From a virus, in IMG/VR virus record IMGVR_UViG_3300020202_000892, positions 1,667 to 65,666 of that record: a stretch of DNA of 64,000 bases, one strand, 5' to 3'. Shown piece after piece: positions 19,367-28,484 of this stretch. The notes beneath the pieces are model-generated. The model was not told the origin of the DNA. It ran no database searches and saw only the letters and a program-made list of their open reading frames with translations. A program made the position numbers and the translations under genes. Within the stretch, counting starts at the first letter, position 1. The number at the start of each line of letters is the position of its first letter.

Positions 19367-19725
19367 CGACCCCGCTGGGCACCGACACCGTGCACTACAC
19401 CTGGCGGATCGAGGCGGGCGAGCGCGAGCGGCTCCAGATCCCGATCTTCGGTGCGGACGGCACCACGCCGCAGGACGTCACCGACTACACGGTCGACGCG
19501 AAGATCAGGACGGAGCAGGGCGGCGAGGTGCTCTACACCTTTCCGGCCGAGCACATCGAGATCACCGACAACGTCATCGAACTGCGGATCCCTGGCCCGA
19601 CCTCTGCCGCCTGGACCTGGACGGTCGGCTGGTGGCGAGTCGTGATCACCGCCCCGGAGCCCGACCCCACTGATCCGGACTCCAGCCGGGTCGTGCAAGG
19701 CGCCTTCATCGTCGACCCCGACTGA
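19363..19725 (+). CDS. Virion/baseplate accessory protein
   Basis: DAKIRTEQGGEVLYTF and SRVVQGAFIVDP, resembling BppU N-terminal-like proteins. Confidence 0.6.
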   Translation: MTTPLGTDTVHYTWRIEAGERERLQIPIFGADGTTPQDVTDYTVDAKIRTEQGGEVLYTFPAEHIEITDNVIELRIPGPTSAAWTWTVGWWRVVITAPEPDPTDPDSSRVVQGAFIVDPD

Positions 19726-19752
19726 TCCCCCGACTGATTCCCGGAGCTCCCC

Positions 19753-20163
19753 ATGGCACTGTCTCTCGCCACCACGGCGCGCAACGCGATGTGCGACGCG
19801 CTGGTCGACCTGATCGACGCCGGTGCGGCCGCAGGCACCATCCAGATCCGCACCGGCACCCGCCCGGCCAACCCCAACACCGCGGCGACCGGCACCCTGC
19901 TGGCCACCGTGACGCTGATCGACCCGGCCTTCGGCTCGGCGGCCTCCGGCGTGGCCACGCTGAGCGACCCTGTCGCGGTCACCGCGGTGGCGACCGGCAC
20001 GGCGACGTGGTTCCGTGCACTGGACTCCAACAGCAATGCCGTGATGGACGGCGATGTGACGGCGACCGGCGGTGGCGGCGACCTGACGCTGGCCACCACG
20101 TCGATCACCTCGGGGCTCTCGGTGGACATCACCGGCGGCACGGTCACGGTGCCCGTTTCCTGA
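19753..20163 (+). CDS. Virion structural protein (minor tail)
   Basis: ARNAMCDALVDLID...TGTATWFRA...DLTLATTSITSG motif typical of actinophage tail regions. Confidence 0.7.
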   Translation: MALSLATTARNAMCDALVDLIDAGAAAGTIQIRTGTRPANPNTAATGTLLATVTLIDPAFGSAASGVATLSDPVAVTAVATGTATWFRALDSNSNAVMDGDVTATGGGGDLTLATTSITSGLSVDITGGTVTVPVS

Positions 20164-20208
20164 GGCCACCAGGCAACCAACCGCGGGCCGACGAGCGAGG
20201 GGTGAGGC

Positions 20209-22497
20209 GTGAGCTTCCCGACCCGGAGCCAGTTCACGACCTCCAGCCAGCCCTCGCTCACCTCGCCGACCAACACCTACACGTTCGGCGTGGCGTGCGT
20301 GGCCGGGAACTTGATCGCCATCTGCCTGGCGGGCGACAAGAACACCGGCACGATCAGCGTCACCGACAACATAGGCACCAACGGCGGGTTGAACCCGTGG
20401 ATCATCGAGGTGTCGGTTCCGGGCACCTCGGTTTCCACCTACGTCGCCTGGAAGGTCGCCGTCGGCGGCGAGACGGTCGTCACCGTCACCACCTCGGCCA
20501 ACTCGACCACCGGTAACACCGGCTACGGCGAGGAGCAGGTCGACGACGGGGCGGGCGCCTGGACGGTGGTCGCGAAGGCGGTCCCGGCCTACAGCGACAC
20601 CTCCGTCACGTCCACGAGTTCCGGCACGACCGACACCGCCGACTACGACGGGCGGGCGCTGGCCGTGGGCGCCATCGACTCGATGTCCAACCTCACCTCC
20701 GACACCGGGCCGACCTTCACCAACTTCACCCGGATCAACGTCCCTACCCGCCCGTCCGGCTCCGGCGGCGGGAACGCTGGATGCTACGTCGGCGAGGCGA
20801 ACCTGGCGGCCGGAGCCACCACGTCCACCACGTTCGCCACCAACGGCGGCAGTGACCAGCTGTTCGCTGCCATCGCCGCGTTCGGGCGCGTGGAGGCATC
20901 GTCCACCACCGGCTCGCTCTCAGCCACCGCGCCGAAGCCGACGAGCGCAATCAGCGGTACGGTCAGGGCGACCGGCGCGATGGATACCGCCTCACCACGG
21001 CCCACCACGTCGGTTGCAGGGACGGTGACGGCGACTGCGGCCATCGCGGGTACCACCCCCCGGCCCGCGGCCGCAGTCACCGGCACCGTTGGCCACGTCG
21101 CCACGCTCTCGGCCACCGCACCGATGCCGACCGGCTCGATCGTCGGCGACGTCCGCGCGACCGGGGCGCTCGCCGGGGTGTCGCCGAAGCCGACCGCAGC
21201 GCTGACCGGCACCGCCGAGGCGCCGCCGTTGCCCAGCGAGGTGCTCGACCTGTCCTACTGGCATCTCACCACGCCGGAGGACAGCGGCGAGGGGGACGCC
21301 GAGCAGATCGATCAACCCGAGTTGGCCACCTACTCCTCGGCGAACTTCTACGTCGACGAGCAGGGCCGGGTCGTCTGCCGCGCGCCGGTGAACGGATTCA
21401 CCACCTCCGGCGCCAGCGGCGCGACCCGCATGGAGCTGCGGCAGCGGCGCAAGGGCACCTACGCACTGGCCGCCATCGACCCGCACGCGGCCGGGCGCTG
21501 GCAGATGACCGGCACCTCCTATGTGGACGCCACCTCCATCACCGGCGGGTCGGCGCCGCGCAAGGAGGGGATCTTCGCCCAGATCCACGGAGCCGGCGAC
21601 TCGCCGATCCCGCTGATCCTGGCAGCGGAGTACCACGTCGCCACCCCGCGCGTGCGGATCTACAAGAACGGCCCCGGGTTCGACAACCCGGTCACGGGCA
21701 TCGACCCGGACACGCCGATCAGTTATCGGATCCGCATCGAGAACGACCGGCTGAAGCTCTGGGTGATCGCCGGACTGCACACCGACCTGCCGCCGATCAC
21801 CAGCACCGCCCCCTACGACTGGCCGATCTCGGACTTCACCGATGACAGCGGCTGGTACTACAAGGATGGTGCCTACAACAAGACGCTGGTCACGAGCGGG
21901 TCGAGCGGCGAGTTCATCTCGAAGATCGCTCACCTGGAGATCCTCGAGCCGGCCGACGCCGACCCGTCCGTTGCCTCTGGCCCACTCGTTGCGATCACCC
22001 CGAAGCCGACCGCGGTGTTCGCAGCGACGATCACCGACGCCGCCCAGTTCTCGGGCACGACACCGTCGCCGAGTGCGAGCTTGAGCGGCACAGTGGTCGC
22101 GGCAGGCACGCTGTCGGCCACCACCCCGCGAGTCACCGGCGCCATCGACGCCACCGGCGAAGCGCGCGGACCGCTGGCTGCGGTCACACCGTCGCCGAGC
22201 ATCGCGCTGAGCGGCACGGTGACCGCGGGAGGAACGCTTTCCGGAGCTCTGCCGCTCCCGGTCGCAGCGCTCGCCGGGGACGTCGCCACGTTGACCGGGG
22301 TGCTCGCTGCCGTCACGCCACTGCCTCGCGCCGCGCTTCACGGCCAGGCAGGGGGCGACGGCTCCATCGAAGCGGGAACACCGACGCACGTTTCCGCTGT
22401 GCGGGTCGGCTCGTTGACGCGTGAGAGGGGGCCGCAGGCGGGCGTGCCACGAAAGGTGGTGACGGCCGGTGCGGGATCGCCAAGAGCAACCGACTGA
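20209..22497 (+). CDS. Tail fibre/spike-like protein with internal polysaccharide lyase family 7 (alginate lyase-like) domain
   Basis: LDLSYWHLTTP, RMELRQ, AQIHG and YYKDGAYNK match the PL7 motifs; flanked by GxLxAxxPxPxxxxxG repeats. Confidence 0.8.
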   Translation: MSFPTRSQFTTSSQPSLTSPTNTYTFGVACVAGNLIAICLAGDKNTGTISVTDNIGTNGGLNPWIIEVSVPGTSVSTYVAWKVAVGGETVVTVTTSANSTTGNTGYGEEQVDDGAGAWTVVAKAVPAYSDTSVTSTSSGTTDTADYDGRALAVGAIDSMSNLTSDTGPTFTNFTRINVPTRPSGSGGGNAGCYVGEANLAAGATTSTTFATNGGSDQLFAAIAAFGRVEASSTTGSLSATAPKPTSAISGTVRATGAMDTASPRPTTSVAGTVTATAAIAGTTPRPAAAVTGTVGHVATLSATAPMPTGSIVGDVRATGALAGVSPKPTAALTGTAEAPPLPSEVLDLSYWHLTTPEDSGEGDAEQIDQPELATYSSANFYVDEQGRVVCRAPVNGFTTSGASGATRMELRQRRKGTYALAAIDPHAAGRWQMTGTSYVDATSITGGSAPRKEGIFAQIHGAGDSPIPLILAAEYHVATPRVRIYKNGPGFDNPVTGIDPDTPISYRIRIENDRLKLWVIAGLHTDLPPITSTAPYDWPISDFTDDSGWYYKDGAYNKTLVTSGSSGEFISKIAHLEILEPADADPSVASGPLVAITPKPTAVFAATITDAAQFSGTTPSPSASLSGTVVAAGTLSATTPRVTGAIDATGEARGPLAAVTPSPSIALSGTVTAGGTLSGALPLPVAALAGDVATLTGVLAAVTPLPRAALHGQAGGDGSIEAGTPTHVSAVRVGSLTRERGPQAGVPRKVVTAGAGSPRATD

Positions 22498-22558
22498 CCC
22501 CCGACCTGGAGGACTGATCCCTGCGTGCACGTGACCGGCCGAGCGTGGGGGGTCGTCC

Positions 22559-22849
22559 ATGTCCGTCGAGCTGATCTCGGCGATCTTCACCGGGTTGACC
22601 GGCCTGCTGGCCGCCGTCGCCGCCGTGCTCGCCAATCGCGCGCGCCGGGTGAGCGAGGACGGCCGGTACTACCGCCGCCAGGCCCGCGACCTGCAGCGCA
22701 AGCTCCTGGCTGCGCTTGGGCACATCAACCTGCTCGAGGAGCACCTGATCCACGCACGCCGCCCTGTTCCCGCACGTCCCGAGATCCTGGAGTCGGACGA
22801 CGACGATGACGGGACACCACAGCCTGCGGGTGCCCATGCCGCCACATGA
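22559..22849 (+). CDS. Membrane protein (single N-terminal TM plus coiled coil)
   Basis: ISAIFTGLTGLLAAVAAVL hydrophobic helix. Confidence 0.7.
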   Translation: MSVELISAIFTGLTGLLAAVAAVLANRARRVSEDGRYYRRQARDLQRKLLAALGHINLLEEHLIHARRPVPARPEILESDDDDDGTPQPAGAHAAT

Positions 22850-22868
22850 GTCGATCTTGAGTGACGGT

Positions 22869-23654
22869 ATGCACCGTCGCGACGACAAGCCGGCCGCGCG
22901 CTGGCCGGTCGCTGCTGTCGCCCTGCTCGGCATCGTCGCAGTGGTCATCGGCATCTTCGCCACCAGCGGCGCCGGCCAGGTCGAAGACCAGCGGGACACT
23001 GCGGTCGAGCAGGTGCGTGACCTCGGGCGCGACGTGGCGGCGGCGTGCGCGCGCGGGGAGGTCATCCAGTCCCCCGACGGCCGGAATCTGTGCGCGCGGG
23101 CCGCCGAGGCGCAGTCCGACCCGATCCCTGGCGCCGTGCAGGGTGAACCCGGTCGGCCGCCGACGCTCGAGGAGATCGAGGCCGCGGTGGCCGCCTACCT
23201 GGCGCGCAACCCGCCGCCGGCCGGGCGCCCTCCCACCACGGAAGAGGTAGCTGCTGCCGTCGCGGAGTACCTCACAGCCAACCCGCCAGAGCCCGGCCGA
23301 CCGCCGACCGCCGAGGAGATCTCCAACGCGGTCACGGCCTACTTCGCCGCCAACCCGGTGCGCGACGGCGAGGACGGGCAGGACGGCAGGGACGGTGTGG
23401 ACGGCAAGGATGGCGAACCGGGCCGTCCACCGACCCAGGAGGAGATCGACGCGGCCGTCGCGGCCTACCTCGCCGAGAACCCGCCGCCGCCCGGCCCGAC
23501 GTGCCCGCCCGGTTCCACGCTGCGGCCGGTGTTGTTCGCCAGCGGGGAGCGCGGCCTCGGCTGCGTGACCGAAGAGACCCCGCCGACGACGGAGGCCCCA
23601 CCGCCGACGACCGACGCAGAGGAACCCGACGGGGGACTGCTCGATGGTGGATGA
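22869..23654 (+). CDS. Membrane-anchored repeat protein
   Basis: N-terminal TM; four GRPPTxEExxxAVxxYxxxNP repeats; short GXY run. Confidence 0.7.
   Translation: MHRRDDKPAARWPVAAVALLGIVAVVIGIFATSGAGQVEDQRDTAVEQVRDLGRDVAAACARGEVIQSPDGRNLCARAAEAQSDPIPGAVQGEPGRPPTLEEIEAAVAAYLARNPPPAGRPPTTEEVAAAVAEYLTANPPEPGRPPTAEEISNAVTAYFAANPVRDGEDGQDGRDGVDGKDGEPGRPPTQEEIDAAVAAYLAENPPPPGPTCPPGSTLRPVLFASGERGLGCVTEETPPTTEAPPPTTDAEEPDGGLLDGG
23146..23500 (+). repeat. Imperfect tandem coding repeats (GRPPTxEEI...NPP) with an intervening GxD run
   Basis: Visible in translation and in DNA (ccgccgac...gaggagatc...gcctacct...aacccgcc). Confidence 0.8.
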
Positions 23655-24003
23655 CCGCTCGCCGATGCTGCAGATGGACGGGATCCGCATCGCCACGCTG
23701 GCCGTGCTGTCCCTGGTCACCATCACCGTGGTCGCCCTGGGCGTGTTCCTGGTGACCTACGTGCAGGACCAGCGACTGATCAACGAGTGCTATCAGCGCC
23801 AGATCGTCGCGCTCACCGACTGGGCCGACAACGCGGTGCAGGCCGGCAAGGCCGACCGACAGGCGCAGCGAGAGCTGTTGCTGGCCCGCGCCAACACGCC
23901 CGAAGACCGCCAGGCCGTGCTCGATCGCTACCTGGCGCAGCTCGACGAGGCCGATCGCACCCGGCGCTCGGCCCCGGTCCCCGAACAACGATGTGCTCGC
24001 TGA
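23644..24003 (+). CDS. Membrane protein
   Basis: IATLAVLSLVTITVVALGVFLV TM followed by a helical region with two Cys. Confidence 0.7.
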   Translation: MVDDRSPMLQMDGIRIATLAVLSLVTITVVALGVFLVTYVQDQRLINECYQRQIVALTDWADNAVQAGKADRQAQRELLLARANTPEDRQAVLDRYLAQLDEADRTRRSAPVPEQRCAR

Positions 24004-24041
24004 GGCGTCTCTCCCAGAGGGGGACGTCGTTAAGGAGAGGC

Positions 24042-24674
24042 ATGAAGAAGATCGCTCTGACCGTCGGCGCTGTGCTGGCGCTGTCCCTCGGGACGGCACC
24101 GCTCGCGTTCGCGGACGAACGCGACTGCACCCGCGCACAGCGTGAGGTGGCCCGTGTCGAGCTCCGACTGGCCGGGTTGGTCACCGAGGAGCGCAACGCC
24201 GAGCGCGCTGCTCTCGAGGCCGCACAGGCCGCGCTGAACACCGCGCAGGACGCCCTGCGCAACGCCGCCCCGGGCGTCGACCTGGGCCCGCTGCGGGCCC
24301 AGGTCGACACCGCTCGGGAGGCACGCGACGCCGCACGCGAGGTGCTGAACACCGACTCGCGCCGGCTGGTGGACGTGCGCGCCGATCTCACGGCCGCCAT
24401 CGCGGTCCGGGACAAGGCGTGCGGCGACACCCCGCCGACGACCGCGCCCACCACGACGCCTGCGCCGACCACCACCCCCGCGCCGGCCGATGACGTCGAC
24501 TGCGCCGAGGTCTCGGACGCGCGCGCTCAGCAGATCCTGGACGCCGACAAGAGCGACCCGCACAACCTCGACGACGACAACGACGGGGTCGCCTGCGAGG
24601 AGGACGTCACGGTCGTGCGCGATCGGGTGGTCGTTCCCCAGGGCGGTGTGCAGACCGACGGCGGGGTGGAGTGA
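24042..24674 (+). CDS. Secreted protein with Excalibur-like Ca-binding domain and C-terminal PxGGVxT sorting-like motif
   Basis: AAGGAGAGG RBS; signal peptide MKKIALTVGAVLALSLGTAPLAFA; DVDC...DPHNLDDDNDGVACE; ends VPQGGVQTDGGVE. Confidence 0.8.
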   Translation: MKKIALTVGAVLALSLGTAPLAFADERDCTRAQREVARVELRLAGLVTEERNAERAALEAAQAALNTAQDALRNAAPGVDLGPLRAQVDTAREARDAAREVLNTDSRRLVDVRADLTAAIAVRDKACGDTPPTTAPTTTPAPTTTPAPADDVDCAEVSDARAQQILDADKSDPHNLDDDNDGVACEEDVTVVRDRVVVPQGGVQTDGGVE

Positions 24675-25324
24675 CCTCTCGCAAACTGCTCGTTCTCGTG
24701 CTCGGTGCCGTGCTCGCACTCAGCGGGTGCGGCACCGAGTTCGTGGAGGGCCAGACCACCCAGCCACGGCCCACGCACGAGCCGGACGCTGAGCTCGACC
24801 CCGTCACGGTGGTCAACCCGACCGCGGTCGGCATCCCGAAGCTCGGCGCGTGGTCCACGCTGATCCCGCTCGGCCTCACCGAGCATGACTGTCCGGCCGA
24901 CACGCCGTGCCTGCAGCCGCCCCCGGCCGACCAGCCGATGCAGGCGGGGTGGTACGCCGGTGCGGATCCGCGCATCCCTGAGGGCGACGGCGACGAGTAC
25001 CAGCCGGGTGAGCCCGGTCCCGCGGTCATCGCCGGGCACGTCAACGGCTCCGGGGGCCAGGACGGGATCTTCGCCAAGCTGCACGAGCTCGCGCCTGGTG
25101 ACCAGATCGTGGTTGAGCGCAACGACGAGTCCACCCCGCAACCCCCGTTGACGTTCGTGGTCGACGCGGTGGCCAGCTTCCCGAAGAACCAGTTCCCCAC
25201 CGAGGACGTGTACGGGTCCACCGACACCCCGGAGCTGCGCCTGATCACCTGCGGCGGCGAGTTCGACCGCGGGGCCGGGCACTACCGGGACAACGTCGTG
25301 GTCTGGGCGTCGCTGGTCTCGTGA
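24671..25324 (+). CDS. Class F sortase (lipoprotein signal)
   Basis: LALSGC lipobox; PGEPGPAVIAGHV and LRLITCGGEFD...HYRDNVVV catalytic His/Cys motifs. Confidence 0.9.
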   Translation: MTSRKLLVLVLGAVLALSGCGTEFVEGQTTQPRPTHEPDAELDPVTVVNPTAVGIPKLGAWSTLIPLGLTEHDCPADTPCLQPPPADQPMQAGWYAGADPRIPEGDGDEYQPGEPGPAVIAGHVNGSGGQDGIFAKLHELAPGDQIVVERNDESTPQPPLTFVVDAVASFPKNQFPTEDVYGSTDTPELRLITCGGEFDRGAGHYRDNVVVWASLVS

Positions 25325-25482
25325 ACTGGCGCTGGGGTTGGCGGTGCGTGAGCTGTCACCACCGCAAGGACGCGCACTGGCTGCACAAGGGCCCCTGCCT
25401 GGTCTGCTACTGCCCGCGCTACTGCCCGCCGTGGTGGGTGTTGGTGAAGAACGCGATCCGGAGGTGGTGGCGTGCTGCCTGA
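25321..25482 (+). CDS. Small Cys/His/Trp-rich protein (53 aa, not in ORF track)
   Basis: GTGA overlap with sortase stop; CVSCHH...H...CLVCYC. Confidence 0.6.
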   Translation: MNWRWGWRCVSCHHRKDAHWLHKGPCLVCYCPRYCPPWWVLVKNAIRRWWRAA

Positions 25483-25714
25483 GGCCGAGGTCTACCGGCG
25501 GTGGCTGGTCTTCGCCGCGCTGCTGCCCTACGCGGTGCACCACGACCATCGGGCCGAGCGTGAGGCCTACGAGCGCCGGATGTCACAGGAGCGCGCGGCA
25601 CGCCTGCTGAACCGCATCCCGGTCCAGCGCGCACCCATCGAACCCCGGCGGGCCCTGAGCGGCCTGCCGTCCCGTCCGAACACCGCTCGGGGGATGAGGA
25701 GCAGGCGCCCATGA
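25472..25714 (+). CDS. Hypothetical protein
   Basis: Coupled overlaps on both sides. Confidence 0.5.
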   Translation: MLPEAEVYRRWLVFAALLPYAVHHDHRAEREAYERRMSQERAARLLNRIPVQRAPIEPRRALSGLPSRPNTARGMRSRRP

Positions 25715-26109
25715 CCTGGATCGACGACTACCTGCCGGTCAGCCGCGGGGAGCTGAATCGCCGCCTGAAGAGCCTCTGGGACTACGCCCTGTCCCAGACG
25801 GAGCACATCACGAAGATCGGAGAGACCGCCATGGCACGTGTAGACGAGGTGGTGGCCCGCCTCGGCGCGGCTACCGACGAGATCGCGCGCGACCTGGACG
25901 CGCTGCGTCAGGAAGTCGCCGGACTCGACGAGTCGGTCGCGGCGAAGTTCGAGCCGCTGGTGAACCGACTCGAGCAGATGGGGCAGGACCCGCAGAACCC
26001 GGTGCCGGACGCGCCGGTCGACGGCGACGCGGGTGCCGGCACCGACGGCGAGGGCCCCGAGGTCGTCAACCCGACCCCGGACGCGCAGGACAACCCCGAC
26101 AACCGCTGA
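25711..26109 (+). CDS. Hypothetical protein (possible internal start MARVDEVV)
   Basis: ATGA overlap; coiled coil and acidic tail. Confidence 0.6.
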   Translation: MTWIDDYLPVSRGELNRRLKSLWDYALSQTEHITKIGETAMARVDEVVARLGAATDEIARDLDALRQEVAGLDESVAAKFEPLVNRLEQMGQDPQNPVPDAPVDGDAGAGTDGEGPEVVNPTPDAQDNPDNR

Positions 26110-26178
26110 CACATCCGATCTGGGGCGTCCCGCCGTTGCTCCCCAGCGGCGGGGCGTCCCTCCTTCACGAGGGGAGCC

Positions 26179-26448
26179 GTGGAGTTGGGCGACTGGTACC
26201 AGGACCGCGACGGCAACTGGCAGTACGACGAGGGCGCACCCACGCCCAGCACCGAGGCGACCCAGATCCGGCCCCGCACCCGGGCCGTGCTGGACGCGAT
26301 CCACGGCGACGCGCCGACCCCGCCGGACGTGCCGCGAGCCGGCGACATCGGAGACTGGATCGACCCCAACGCACCGGACCCCACGCCGCCCGAGGTGACC
26401 GATCCGCAGGATCCGAGCTACGTGCACCCCTGGTTCGGTGACCGGTGA
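26179..26448 (+). CDS. Hypothetical acidic Pro-rich protein
   Basis: GGGGAG RBS; overlaps endolysin start. Confidence 0.55.
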   Translation: MELGDWYQDRDGNWQYDEGAPTPSTEATQIRPRTRAVLDAIHGDAPTPPDVPRAGDIGDWIDPNAPDPTPPEVTDPQDPSYVHPWFGDR

Positions 26449-27233
26449 GCCTGCTGCGGAAGTACGAGCCGGCGACCCGGGCCACTGGCGGCCCCGCGCC
26501 GGGCGCGAAGGCGCTGATGGCCTGGTTCCTGGGTAACTTCGCTCACCAGGGCGGCACCAACCTCGGCATCTACAACAACCGCACGGTGCGCGGCGGCTCG
26601 ACCAAGAGCCTGCACGCGGAGGGGCGCGCCTGCGACTTCGGCATCCGCCCACACGGCGCGGAGTACGGCACGCTGCTGGCCGAGCGACTGCGCTCCGTCT
26701 CGGGTGAGCTGGGCATCCAGCTGATCATCTGGAACCGGCGCATCTGGTCGGGTGCCTACCCCGACGCGGGCTGGCGCCGCTACACCGGGACGAACCCGCA
26801 TCTGGATCACCTGCATGTCGAGCTGACCCGAGAGGCAGCTGCGAGCCTGACCCCACAGCACATCCAGGCCGTGCTGTCGCCGCCGCGTCACCCCCGCGGC
26901 CCTGCACCCGTTGTGCAGGCGAAGGCTCCCCCGCCCCCCGTCTCGAAGGACACCTGCATGATCATCAAGGCGCAGCCCGACAAGTCCAAGCCGGAGTACG
27001 TCGCCGCCCTGCTGACCGGCTTCAACTTCGTCGGCCTCGGCCGCACCGAGACGCCAAGCGATCAGCAGGCCAAGGACATGGGCCTGCCCGTGCTCTGGGT
27101 CGAGTACGCCACGTACCAGGAATTCGACCGGCGCAGCCACGTGATGCTCGGCGACGGGGCGCCTCGGGTCAATCGGCTCGGCGACCAGTCGGCCGCCGCG
27201 ACGAGCCCCCCAAACTCCCCCAGCCCGTCATAG
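26445..27233 (+). CDS. Endolysin, M15-like Zn peptidase domain
   Basis: IYNNRTVRGGS.KSLHAEGRACDF and HLDHLHVE (SxH...D / HxH) motifs; next to holin. Confidence 0.82.
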   Translation: MSLLRKYEPATRATGGPAPGAKALMAWFLGNFAHQGGTNLGIYNNRTVRGGSTKSLHAEGRACDFGIRPHGAEYGTLLAERLRSVSGELGIQLIIWNRRIWSGAYPDAGWRRYTGTNPHLDHLHVELTREAAASLTPQHIQAVLSPPRHPRGPAPVVQAKAPPPPVSKDTCMIIKAQPDKSKPEYVAALLTGFNFVGLGRTETPSDQQAKDMGLPVLWVEYATYQEFDRRSHVMLGDGAPRVNRLGDQSAAATSPPNSPSPS

Positions 27234-27262
27234 CGGCGGGCGCGCTCCCTGAGGAGGACTCC

Positions 27263-27553
27263 ATGACCGAGTCGAGCTACGACCCCCCGGTCGACCCCAA
27301 CCCGGGCGTACCCGACCACGCCGCGCCCGCGGTGAAGACGGAGGGACTCTCGCCCAAGGCGCTGGCCTCCTCGGCCGTCGGGCTGGGCGTCGGCATCCTG
27401 ATCGCCGTGCTGAACGCGGTGCAGGACAACGACCTGCTCGGCACGCTGCCCCCGGCGCTGCAGGTGATCCTGCTCGCCGCCATTCCCCCGGTGCTGACGT
27501 TCCTGGCCGCCTACGGCGCGTCCCCCGGCAACGTCACCGTGAAGAGGAGCTGA
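27263..27553 (+). CDS. Holin
   Basis: GAGGAGG RBS; two TM helices; SPK-start and basic C-terminus; follows endolysin. Confidence 0.8.
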   Translation: MTESSYDPPVDPNPGVPDHAAPAVKTEGLSPKALASSAVGLGVGILIAVLNAVQDNDLLGTLPPALQVILLAAIPPVLTFLAAYGASPGNVTVKRS

Positions 27554-27555
27554 CC

Positions 27556-27720
27556 ATGTTCGCTGTCGCCTCGGCGATTGCCGCGCTGCTGTGCTTCCTG
27601 CTGGCGTTCATCCTTGGCCTCGCAGGTACGGAGATCGGTGTCGACCTGGTCACGCTCGGGTTCGTGTTCGTGGCCACGTGGATGCTGGTGACCAGCCTGC
27701 CCGCCCGAGCTGTCAGGTGA
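27556..27720 (+). CDS. Small two-TM membrane protein (54 aa)
   Basis: GAGGAG RBS; fully hydrophobic MFAVASAIAALLCFLLAFILG... Confidence 0.65.
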   Translation: MFAVASAIAALLCFLLAFILGLAGTEIGVDLVTLGFVFVATWMLVTSLPARAVR

Positions 27721-27780
27721 TCTTCACTTTGCCCCGCACCGTCAGGTAGGCTCGACCCCAATCGAGTGTCCTCTCGGTTC

Positions 27781-27820
27781 GAACAGGCCCCCTCCGCTCC
27801 GGCGTTGAGGGGGCCTGTTC
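27781..27820. terminator. Hairpin terminator between convergent late and early operons
   Basis: GAACAGGCCCCCTC / GAGGGGGCCTGTTC inverted repeat. Confidence 0.75.
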
Positions 27821-27993
27821 GTCATGTCCGGAAGTTGACCGCGCGCCCGGACCGATGTCAGCTGCCGGTGCGCCGCGCTACCCCGAGCTCGCCTGGCCGG
27901 GCTCACTCGGATCGGTCGACGCCCCCTCGGACCCCGGCGGCGCCGCTCGCTGACTGCAGCACTCCGACGCGGCCCTCAGAACGCACGTGCCGG

Positions 27994-28221
27994 TCAGCGT
28001 AGCCGGAAGCGCCGCACGCCGTCCTCACGCACGGTGCCGTCCCACTCGTAGATCAGCGGGGCGGGTAGTTCGAGCGACGCGTGGGGGTGCTTGTAGAGCT
28101 CCATGGATTCGAGCAGCGTTGGCCCCACCGGCAGGCGGAGGATTTTCGGCATCGTCCCGTCGGGGACGGCGAGCAGGGTGCCGTCCTTGATGCCACCGAT
28201 CAGCTCGATAGTGATGCTCAC
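27994..28221 (-). CDS. Hypothetical protein
   Basis: IELIGGIKDG motif; coupled overlap. Confidence 0.6.
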   Translation of the reverse strand: MSITIELIGGIKDGTLLAVPDGTMPKILRLPVGPTLLESMELYKHPHASLELPAPLIYEWDGTVREDGVRRFRLR

Positions 28222-28454
28222 CGGATCGACCTGGCCACGTAGCGGGCGCTCATCGCCGCGGTGTAGAGCGTGCAGCCGACCGAGCCGTGACAGATCGTCG
28301 CCTGGCAGTGACCGGACAGGTCGGGCGTGTGCTCGCGGATCATCCGGTCGATGTTCTCCAGCGGGCTGAAACGCTGCAGGGTTCTCACGATCATGAGCAT
28401 GTCCGCGGCGTCCACTGGAGACCTCTCCGTCGAGTTATCTGACGATCGTCGCAC
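28218..28454 (-). CDS. Hypothetical protein
   Basis: ORF track; start uncertain; H...C...C...C motif. Confidence 0.45.
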   Translation of the reverse strand: MRRSSDNSTERSPVDAADMLMIVRTLQRFSPLENIDRMIREHTPDLSGHCQATICHGSVGCTLYTAAMSARYVARSIR

Positions 28455-28484
28455 AGGTGGCAGCGCGTTACACCCGTGTCGCGC

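Noticed and set aside
23365-23425. Collagen-like protein
   Set aside because: Only about six GXY triplets, too short to define the protein.
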